The notes under the pieces are model-generated. The model did no database searches. It was not told the DNA's origin and worked only from the letters and a program-made list of their open reading frames with translations. DNA of 62,781 nucleotides, the filler included, from Globobulimina sp. (Eukaryota), in assembly GCA_003354225.1 (NCBI GenBank). It is 31 parts of 31 records of this genome, joined end to end, with 100 filler letters (N's around TTAATTAATTAA, not from the genome) between each part and the next. Parts side by side here need not be neighbours in the genome. Positions count along the whole stretch, not along the records: positions 20,293 to 22,221 come from PIVH01010491.1; positions 22,322 to 24,250 come from PIVH01010492.1; positions 24,351 to 26,279 come from PIVH01010493.1; positions 26,380 to 28,308 come from PIVH01010494.1; positions 28,409 to 30,337 come from PIVH01010495.1; positions 30,438 to 32,366 come from PIVH01010496.1; 25 more parts are not named here. The stretch is one strand, 5' to 3'. A program made the position numbers and the translations under genes. Of this stretch, positions 21,342 to 30,643 are shown piece after piece (positions within the stretch are counted from its first letter, which is position 1; each line of letters starts with the position of its first letter).

Positions 21342-22221
21342 CAGACCTTTGCATGACTCAGTCACGACTTACTTCACGACTCGCGACTTAAATCATAAAA
21401 TGGTGACTCAGTCGCGACTAAGTCGCGACTTAAACTCAATTTCAGTAACACTTAAACTCAGTCATAATAAACACAAAAAACACATAACACATCAAAAATA
21501 ACAAAAAACACACAAGTCCAACACACATCTGCTATAATTCAAATAATGTATACATGAATTACATTGCCCGGCTCGTACCAACTTGGAGGTTGTGTGTTAT
21601 CACGAACCGCGGGAATTGAATTATCGAGCTCGATTCAATTCCCATTATATATGTATAAACCATCAGCTATTGGTGTTGAAAAACACCTGGTAAAAAATAA
21701 AATCATTATTTATGTTTAATATAATTTATTTAATTTTGTTTTTTCCGTTTTGTTGTCTCATTTAATTTCCATCTCGATACTAAAAATGTCAATAATGACA
21801 CTTTACGATTACTTAATGACGTTCTCTTCTCATCGACTATGATATTGCTAATACTAAACAAGCACTCCGCGGGTGCTTCAGACGCTTGGATTGATAAAAT
21901 AAAAATCGCCAAACGAGATAATACTGGCAATTTATTTGCTGTCCTTTCTGTTGTCCAATACAGTAAAGGATTGTCATTATATTCATTTATTTCCTTTTTT
22001 GTAAAGGACTCTTTCAAATATATTTCAATTTCATCGACATCTTCAATTTTTGAGTCACTTTCATCATCCTCATCAGAGTCACTTTCATCAATTAATTTAT
22101 CGATATCCAGGCAAACTTGGCTGAATCTTTTTATTGGCAAACTTGGCTGAATTTGTTCAATAATATCATCTTTTTAATCCTCGTTTGCATGAAATACAAT
22201 TTCAACATCATTATTTAATGT
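21342..22221 (-). mobile_element. hAT DNA transposon 3' portion with subterminal repeats
   Basis: hAT dimerisation-domain ORF followed by a cluster of GACTCAGTC and CGCGACTTAAA motifs (21352-21464). Possible terminus at CAG 21342. Confidence 0.6.
21730..22140 (-). pseudogene. hAT transposase C-terminal dimerisation domain
   Basis: DEIEIYL...NPLLYW...LPVLSRLAIFILSIQASEAPAECLFS...KRTSLS. The conserved ER is EC here and the upstream frame contains a stop. Confidence 0.85.
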
Positions 22222-22321
22222 NNNNNNNNNNNNNNNNNNNNNNNNNNNNNNNNNNNNNNNNNNNNTTAATTAATTAANNNNNNNNNNNNNNNNNNNNNNN
22301 NNNNNNNNNNNNNNNNNNNNN

Positions 22322-23137
22322 AAGAATAAATCCTGTTTGTTGTATAAGAACAACCCAATGTGGAATAATAAACTAAATAAACTGTTCGAACTATTAACAA
22401 GAAATGAGGCGGCTATAATGATCCAAATATTGACCGAACACATTGGTCTGAATCATTATTACCATCGAAAAAATTATTCGAATGCAGCAGTCCTACGCCA
22501 AATAAATACAAGAGATCATTATAATGATATTATTTATAATAATAATGATACCAACGGGAATCTGGACAGTATTTTAAATATCCGTGGTATCCCGTTATTG
22601 GAACCCATAGATATTAATCCATTAAACCGTACCAATCACAACCATCACATCCCATCAGCCATTGACGACGTTTCGCCAATGGATATTGATGATGATGATG
22701 CAAAACTCAGCATCGAACCCAGCGCATCGCCTACACCAAATAATGATATAAATATGTCCGATGACTCAATCAACAAAGATCCCGAACGTGTCCATTCACC
22801 GTATTGTGATCATTGTAATCAACAAATCGAAGATCTCGATCACTTTTTATTTAAATGTCCTGAATATAGCTCAATGCGGTCCATATTTCGAGATAAATTT
22901 TATAAATTAGACGAGCGATTAAAAATAGAATCCAACCATTTTATAATTAGCATCATATTATTCCCATACCAAATTAAAGACCTATCAGTAAGCAAACAAT
23001 TATTAATTTGGAAATTATTAATTAAATACATAACGCAAACTAAACGGCTACGTATTAACTATGATCCAATTCCCCTAAATAACCCAAACCCTCAACAACT
23101 AACCACTAATACCAGAAAAAGAATGCGATTATTTTAG
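22322..23137 (+). mobile_element. Non-LTR retrotransposon ORF2 C-terminus (post-RNase H region with CCHC zinc knuckle), 5' partial
   Basis: LTRNEAAIMIQILTEHIGLN...SPYCDHCNQQIEDLDHFLFKCPEY...IILFP...LIKYITQTKRL. Confidence 0.85.
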
Positions 23138-23550
23138 ATAGGATACCCAACACCAAACCAATATTGCTCTCATCCCTCATCATATGTTCTATATCACCAA
23201 CCAATGTTTGAGTAAATTTGGTAACAAACTCGCCAAGGTGACATATAGAAATAAGCATAGAAACAAAAACTGGGAAAAAAACATTATAATAAAACAAATC
23301 AACAAAATTGGAAGATGAAGAAGTGAGTTACCCTCTGGTAACTCGATTCTATTTTCTGCTCTTCCCGGAGGGAAGAAGCATTACAAAGTGTGCTGTTTGA
23401 TAAAAACAGACTTAATGACCTTTTTAATTAAATCATTATTACCAAATTATTCCTACACAATATCGATCAGCACAATATATTAATATGGCACTATCTCCGC
23501 ACACAAAGTACAATCCTCAATATTAAATAAATTACGCATACCATTAACTG

Positions 23551-23932
23551 ACCCACAACGACCTTGCTCGCTTTGCTCGCCAGCCGTTGTGGGGACGCCA
23601 CCATTCATCGAGGAAAATAATAGCAATGTATAACCGAATTAAAATAACCCACAACGACGTCACTCGCTCCGCTCGTTAGCCGTTGTGGGGACGTAGCCAA
23701 CCATCAAACAAAAATAAACTTGATGCAAATTTTTTTAATTGAAAAACCCACAACGACGTCGCTCGCTTTGCTCGCTAGCCGTTGTGGGGACGATACCAAC
23801 CACCGATGACCTAAGCCAAAGACCAAAAACACCAAACAATCAAACTTACAAAACCAAATACGGACCAATAAATTCATACAAGACTAACCCACAACGACGT
23901 CGCTCGCTTTGCTCGCTAGCCGTTGTGGGGAC
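23551..23932 (-). repeat. Array of four 46-nt palindromic repeats (23551-23596, 23647-23692, 23746-23791, 23887-23932) with distinct 50-, 53- and 95-nt spacers
   Basis: Plus-strand consensus ACCCACAACGACGTCGCTCGCTTTGCTCGCTAGCCGTTGTGGGGAC. Copies 3 and 4 are identical, and the 9-bp IR CCCACAACG/CGTTGTGGG is invariant in all four. Confidence 0.93.
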
Positions 23933-24021
23933 ATCCGCCATAATCATCGTACTCAATTAAAAACGGACTTTATTAGAAACCGCCAATCTGAATAAATCAA
24001 ATAACAACAAAACACAACCTT

Positions 24022-24100
24022 CACGCTCGCTCCGCTCGCTATCCATTCACCACGCTCACTGCGCTCGCTATATACTTACCACGCTCGCTACGCTCGCTAT
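24022..24100 (-). repeat. Three tandem 29-nt-period copies of CACGCTC(G/A)CTNCGCTCGCTAT
   Basis: Copies start at 24022, 24051 and 24080 and share the hairpin core of the 46-nt repeats. Confidence 0.88.
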
Positions 24101-24808
24101 CTTAACCACTGTGAGTCCTAAGACCAACTACCAACAACCTGAATAGTATCTAATCTTTCAATCAATCAATTTATTCTTTATTTATTCTCTATGGGTCGAT
24201 AATAGCGAGTTACTCGCTAGAAGACTGTCTTTTTAGTCGTTGATTTTGACNNNNNNNNNNNNNNNNNNNNNNNNNNNNNNNNNNNNNNNNNNNNTTAATT
24301 AATTAANNNNNNNNNNNNNNNNNNNNNNNNNNNNNNNNNNNNNNNNNNNNAGAAAAAGTTTAATGTAATCTTAATCGGATTATATTCCTACGCCTTAATG
24401 TAAATCTGACGGTGTGCATGTTAATAGGGACAACGCCTTTAAACGTTTCATATCGTCCCAAATATACACTAGAGTTCAGTTGAAATATTGTACAAAACAC
24501 TTTCACACAAAGACTGCTTTCACATTCAATTCAAAAATTAACAAAAAAATGGATGAATGAGATTCAAAAATGCACAAATCGTAACATTGAGCAAACAAAA
24601 AAAATAAAGTACCAAAAAAATGAAAAAAAATATTTTCAATTTTATTTGTTTTATTATATATTAAATCATCCATCACACAAAAAATCAACCAAATTAACCA
24701 AAACAAAAAAAAATACACTTAAACTTACCGTTCCTTTCAATCAAACACAAAAAAATAATCAGAGCACAATAAACAAAGTTAATATAGATATAATTTTTGT
24801 GTTAATGT

Positions 24809-26279
24809 TTAATTTTCATTTAATCCACAACTTGACACTGAATCACTATGATTGCCATTTTGTGTATTCACCGGCGGCAACGCGGCCATTTCAATGTTAT
24901 ACGTTTGTCCGTCTCCCGGTGTTGCATAGGGCTGCGTTTGCAAATCAATTTTTTCATCCTTTTTCTCAAAATAAGACGGCCGTTTATGTAAAACGCGGGT
25001 CATCATCAATTCTAACTTATCGTTGCTATTCTTCTGCCAATACGAATCATTGCCATCCACGAACTGATAACAATGGTAACAGAGTTTAATAAAATAATAC
25101 AGCGCCACCACAACCGGCGTAAATATCACAATGCCTAAGAACAGCGACAAAAACAGTGAGTTTGCGATATCATCGAAATTAATGCCAATAAAACCTATCA
25201 AAATGGCCAAAATGCAAAAAGCTTCAATGCGATTATTGCGAATATGTTGGAATGGATACAACGCCAAATGAGCAATCAAAAAAAAGATTAATATCAAACA
25301 TAACACTAAATTGCTATAACCGCCACCGATGAAGGACAACGTGACAAACATTGTGATTATAAATCTGCGCAAAGTTATCACCGCCTCCCAGTACCAATAC
25401 TCATTCTTGTAGCCCTGCACTAATTTGTTATACTCATTCATTGTGGAATAGCGTTGCTCGTCGAGTTGGAGATACAATTTCTTATAAATGGACACGAAAA
25501 ACAAGAACAAAATGATCATGATCACCAACGACACACTCCAAGAGGCGCCGAAACATTGTCCCTCGAAATAGAAATGCACCCATTTCTCCGCTCCGTCGTG
25601 GCGGACAAAGTGTGTACAAGTAATGAGCTGCAACAATACACGAAAGATCAGACCGATTATGATGATGCCAATGCGTCCAAAGGCGATGGCCACATACGGC
25701 TTCGTGCAATATTTGTTGCCGCGGCAACAGCGGCCTTGATGGCAAAAGCCGTAAATCAAAAATAAAGAGAACACCATCAAAAAGGGGAAGATCAGGATCA
25801 TGAAGATCTCGCTAAGCGCCGTGGTGTAGGGAATGGCGCAAAAGCCCGCATTCGTGTCGTTGTTCCCATTGCTTCCGACTTGATCGTCTGCGAAATTGAA
25901 GTTGAAAAAGTTGACAATTGGCGATAAATAGGCGCGCGAACCGGAAGTGTTTAGTATTTCTGCATAGCCTTGAAAGTAATAGACGAAGATTTGGAAAATC
26001 AACACCGAATTCGCCACATACGAATCCGCCACGAAATAACTGAATTGCATCTCTGTCTCGTTCTGTTTCTCTTTCTCTTTTTCTCTCTGCTTTTTTGTGC
26101 CGTAGATATCATCCGATTCACTCTCATAATCGTCGTCGTCTTCTGGTGTCTGGGTGGCAGTGAATGGGTCGTTGCGGTGCCGAATAGTATGTAGCATAAT
26201 GTCCAATGGCTTGGCATCGAAAAATGATAAATATAACACTAAGCAAAATGCAATGGCAAAAATGCCAATTAAATAATAC
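24809..26279 (-). CDS. C-terminal multi-TM (TRP-like/7TM) region of a large protist membrane protein, 5' partial
   Basis: Multiple TM helices, plus YKNEYWYWEAVITLRR and YPFQHIRNNRIE motifs typical of this protist membrane domain. Confidence 0.7.
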
Positions 26280-26620
26280 NNNNNNNNNNNNNNNNNNNNN
26301 NNNNNNNNNNNNNNNNNNNNNNNTTAATTAATTAANNNNNNNNNNNNNNNNNNNNNNNNNNNNNNNNNNNNNNNNNNNNCAATTAAGAATGGTTACAACA
26401 AACTTAATGAGTTCCGCTTTCAAAAGAACAAAGAGCTAGCCGATCTAAAAAAACAAGTTGTTGATCGACTTGTTGCCGACCTATCAAGCCCAAGTAGCGT
26501 AAAAAATATTGCCCTAGACAGCACTGCTGTATGTTCTAAGTTTCAATCCATTAACGACTGTTTAAATGATAATGAAAAAATAATTATCACTAATGCAAAA
26601 AAATCAGACCCTTTCTTAAA

Positions 26621-27664
26621 TCAACGCAGTGTATTACTTTCATACAAAGTATATAACCGTTGATATTCAATGGCGTGCTTCCTCCAAAGCCCTCTGAATT
26701 TATGTGGACAAATTGGATTTGCGCTGCGATACAATAAATAAACTTCAATATCCTTATTATTCTCGAACGACAAATAATTATTAACCACAAAATCAAAATA
26801 TTCCTGGAATAGATATTCTAAATCAAAGGGAAGTGTTTTATTTTTGAATATTATGTATCGATTCGGAATCATTGTCAATGACCAAAATAAAATAAAATCG
26901 TGCATTATGATAATTCTTTGTTTTCCATTTACATACTTTTGTGTCATACTTTTATCCATAAATTTGTGTAAATCCACAACATTGCCAAAAAGGTATGGTT
27001 CACATTGCTGCATAATGTCGATATTTAGTACGGATTTATTGTATGAGTAATATCGAGGCATTCGCTGATATGGATAATCTAAATCTCGTTCGGCGGTTAA
27101 ATAATGTTTATATAATGAATTATTTGGTATGCTATAATTATTTGATATTATGTCACTAAATATCGCTGCAAATGTATCAGACAAATATCTGACAATACTA
27201 TCTCCTAAAAAAATAAATAATGTATTATTCAACATATCCAATACATTGGTTTCCGATAAGGACAAAGTAAATTTGTCATTCAGTTTATCATTAAATTCAT
27301 AATAATTTTGAAGTGATAATTCGTTGATCAATTCATCAAATATTAGTTGATGACGGTACTCTGTCACGTTAGATATAAAATTATTTGGTTTGGTTTGGTG
27401 GTTGCGTCTATTGACAATACTCGAATTGGAATGGTTGACAATTATATTTTGTATACTTGACTGGTTGTAATGAAAACCAATGGAGGAAAAGATAAAACAA
27501 AATATTACCAATATACCGAATGCTGCAAAACGTATTAAAAGCTTGCTCGTTCTCTTCTTCTTGTCTTTAAGTTGGTTTTTTAGTGCAACTGTGGGCGGTG
27601 AAGGTGCAGAAGGTATACGTTTCTTGTCTCGTGTCATGAGGTCGTGCATGGCCTGGCTGGCCAT
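26621..27664 (-). CDS. Type II membrane SGNH/PC-esterase-like protein, possibly C-terminally truncated
   Basis: Single N-terminal TM and an FIFLGDSIVRY motif. No DxxH is seen before the stop. Confidence 0.6.
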   Translation of the reverse strand: MASQAMHDLMTRDKKRIPSAPSPPTVALKNQLKDKKKRTSKLLIRFAAFGILVIFCFIFSSIGFHYNQSSIQNIIVNHSNSSIVNRRNHQTKPNNFISNVTEYRHQLIFDELINELSLQNYYEFNDKLNDKFTLSLSETNVLDMLNNTLFIFLGDSIVRYLSDTFAAIFSDIISNNYSIPNNSLYKHYLTAERDLDYPYQRMPRYYSYNKSVLNIDIMQQCEPYLFGNVVDLHKFMDKSMTQKYVNGKQRIIIMHDFILFWSLTMIPNRYIIFKNKTLPFDLEYLFQEYFDFVVNNYLSFENNKDIEVYLLYRSANPICPHKFRGLWRKHAIEYQRLYTLYESNTLR

Positions 27665-27809
27665 GATTTGACTGGAAAAAGAATATCGAGAAAAGATATA
27701 TTTTGATAAAAACTAAGTGCAAATATGTATATAATGTGGATATATCGTTTAATCAAACACACTCAAACTACCCTCTGATTATTATAATATAGTTACATAA
27801 ATTAGTTTT

Positions 27810-28308
27810 CTATCGTTTGAGATCTGATTTCGAATTCGTGTTAGCCACATTGATGTTAATTGTTGTATCCAAATTAGTTTTTGAATTTGATTCTTGTAGA
27901 TGTACCAGTTCCAATTCTTCCAAAATAACATCATATTGTGGTTGATCATGAATTAAATGTGTTTTTTGTTGTAATCTTTCATTCCATACAACTTTCCAAT
28001 TTGATCGTATATCAAATGGAGTAGTTATATTATATTTAATTTTCTCCTTTTTACAACGAAATTGTTTCAGAAATTCATAAAAATGGGCCCTCAATAAATA
28101 CCATACTTCGTCATATGCATCGTCAAATATTTGATCATGTTTTATTTCTAATTCCCCCGACATTGGATTATTTTCTTGCAATTGTTTTACATGTTTCCCC
28201 GCAATTATTTCTTGTTTCATTTTGGTTGCAATGTTCATCAAACCTTTCCTCATTATACCGCTCACATTGATGCATGTTTCGCTATCTTCAGAATCAATGT
28301 AATATGCA
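27810..28308 (-). CDS. RGS-domain protein C-terminus, 5' partial
   Basis: CINVSG..R..L...IFDDAYDEVWYLL matches the RGS helix 6-8 pattern. Confidence 0.7.
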
Positions 28309-28408
28309 NNNNNNNNNNNNNNNNNNNNNNNNNNNNNNNNNNNNNNNNNNNNTTAATTAATTAANNNNNNNNNNNNNNNNNNNNNNNNNNNNNNNNNNNN
28401 NNNNNNNN

Positions 28409-29104
28409 AATCCATTTTTTTTGGATTGTTGTATGTGTTATTTTTTGATGTCTCATCAAAATGAGTTAATGTTAGAAAATATGCACCAGTTAACAGAGCT
28501 GACAGGAAAACTATTACTCCGAATTGTGCATGCTATCCAACAGAATGCGTTCATTCCTGTATTTCAGCTTCATTACATATTAGGAACTCTATATCATTGT
28601 ATTTCATTGGAATATATTAGGAAGTCTGTTCCATTGCGTCATGAGCTGGGAAATTCGTCGGACTTTTTCTTCTGGTGTTTAAGAGAGAGAGTGGAGTTTC
28701 TCAACACAGAGAAAGCAAATGGTTTTACCATATTAAAGCCCACTGTGATTGCATTTGTACCTTTGCTATATTTCTATTTAGGAAGGAATGCATTGGAAGA
28801 AAAACAATATCAAATTGCTATAAAATTGCTTAAAAAGGCCAAAGGTTTAGGAGGTGATATGGTAATAATTGACAATAATTCCGACAAATTAATAAAAGAA
28901 AGCCAAACCAATTGGAAAAGACAAGAATGTAGTTATTGTAAAATAAAAGAGAAAACATTGAAAAGTTGTATAGGATGTATGATGAAATTTTATTGTTCTC
29001 GCCGGTGCCAAAAGAAGCATTGGAAACTGCAACATAGAGATAAATGCAAACAAAACTGGCAAAGTAAAATGTATTTAATCAATCGTCAATGGAAACATAC
29101 TTGA
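28409..29104 (+). CDS. MYND zinc-finger protein with TPR-like helix, 5' partial
   Basis: CSYC...KSCIGCMMKFYCSRRCQKKHWK.QHRDKC. Confidence 0.85.
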   Translation, partial: NPFFLDCCMCYFLMSHQNELMLENMHQLTELTGKLLLRIVHAIQQNAFIPVFQLHYILGTLYHCISLEYIRKSVPLRHELGNSSDFFFWCLRERVEFLNTEKANGFTILKPTVIAFVPLLYFYLGRNALEEKQYQIAIKLLKKAKGLGGDMVIIDNNSDKLIKESQTNWKRQECSYCKIKEKTLKSCIGCMMKFYCSRRCQKKHWKLQHRDKCKQNWQSKMYLINRQWKHT

Positions 29105-29340
29105 TTTTATGGGACTTTTACCATGAATATGATGCTCATGGCCACGAAATCCATTCCTTTCATTGATCCCATAAATAAAGTGTTTTTAGCTGATAATATT
29201 TGAAATATGTGTTGACTGAGAAATAATAAATTGTTGATTGAGGATTGCTTGCCAGCTGCGTGGATTAATAAGTTAGTTTCGTAGTATGTCCTCAGCTGTT
29301 TCATTTATTAAAACTTAACTCTAAAAACTTTCAGTGCTTA

Positions 29341-30087
29341 ATGGCTACCCATATCTCGTTAGTTGACTCATTGATCACAACCTTTGATGACGACCAGAAA
29401 TATGACAAAAAAGATGCAAGCACAGTCACAGTTACTTATTGGGCAGGACGGGGATTAAGCGAACCAATTCGTTTATTATTAGCTGGAATTGGTGTGAAAT
29501 TTGAAAATATTTTCCTGCAAAATAAAAAACAATTTGATGACTTAAAATTATCCCAAAAATTAGCATATAATCAAGTGCCGTTGGTTCAAATGGATGGTTT
29601 AAATTTGGTTCAATCTGGTTCAACCTTCAGATATATTGCGAATAAATATAATTTGATGGGTATAAATGCAAAGGAAGCGTATTTAATTGATTTGATATGT
29701 GAAGGATGTAAAGATGCGAGATCCACAGGAAAATTAACAAAGTTTCCATGGGGTGGCGATGTAAATGATATTTTACAAAATTTTAAATTTGAACGATATT
29801 TTAAACGATGGGAACAAATATTAACTCAAAGTAATAATATTGATGGATATTTTGTAAAATCTGGTAAATCTGCAGCAGACATTGCAGTATTTGAGGTATT
29901 GGAATTTTTAGAATTGATAATCGGTACAAATGAGTTTAATGAAAGAATGGATTCATATCCAAAATTGTTAAGAAATTATAAAGTGACCAGAAATTTAGGT
30001 GATATCCAATTTTATATTAAAAACAAAAGAAATCATTTGCAATGGAAACAATATGCTGCCACAGTTGATAAAACATTAGGGAGATAA
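29341..30087 (+). CDS. Glutathione S-transferase (Tyr-type, alpha/sigma/mu-like)
   Basis: VTYWAGRGLSEPIRLLLA, NQVPLV..DGLNLVQS and SAADIAVFEVL. Confidence 0.92.
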   Translation: MATHISLVDSLITTFDDDQKYDKKDASTVTVTYWAGRGLSEPIRLLLAGIGVKFENIFLQNKKQFDDLKLSQKLAYNQVPLVQMDGLNLVQSGSTFRYIANKYNLMGINAKEAYLIDLICEGCKDARSTGKLTKFPWGGDVNDILQNFKFERYFKRWEQILTQSNNIDGYFVKSGKSAADIAVFEVLEFLELIIGTNEFNERMDSYPKLLRNYKVTRNLGDIQFYIKNKRNHLQWKQYAATVDKTLGR

Positions 30088-30643
30088 CATGTACATCGTA
30101 ATTTATTAATTATAATTATTTGTAATCATTCTAAAAATAGCTGGAAAATGCTTTTTTTTACTCCAAAGTTTTTTAATTAAATTGCACGCGACATCTATAA
30201 TTCATGGACAACACGCGAACGGTTGAAAAACTAATAATTCTATTAGATTACAGTCAAGCTGTATTAGCGAGATCATATCACGCAACTCAATTCGAACCAG
30301 GACAACACTTAGTAGCAATACCCAATGAAATCCGTAANNNNNNNNNNNNNNNNNNNNNNNNNNNNNNNNNNNNNNNNNNNNTTAATTAATTAANNNNNNN
30401 NNNNNNNNNNNNNNNNNNNNNNNNNNNNNNNNNNNNNGTCTTGCATTTCTTGTCTTGTTCTTGTGCATAACAGACATTATTGAGGAGCTATATATGTTGC
30501 TATTGGATGGCACACAAATATTTATGGTATGCTATACTGCGACATTCTCAGTATCAGTATCAGCAGTGCTTTGAATAAGTTTTTTAGTTTTTGCCAAAGC
30601 ATCATTGCCGAGGATTGCATCGTTACCAAGCACAACATCGTAT

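Noticed and set aside
23310-23350. Hammerhead ribozyme as in Penelope-like elements
   Set aside because: The hairpin is present but the CUGAnGA and GAAA core boxes are not.
23551-23932. Bona fide CRISPR array
   Set aside because: No cas genes or leader, uneven spacers (50/53/95 nt) with partly similar first 10-15 nt, and a eukaryotic retroelement context. Kept as an unexplained repeat array instead.
23739-23960. 73-aa ORF with duplicated NPQRRRSLCSLAVVGT
   Set aside because: It is just the translation of two DNA repeat copies, with a TTG start and no coding evidence.
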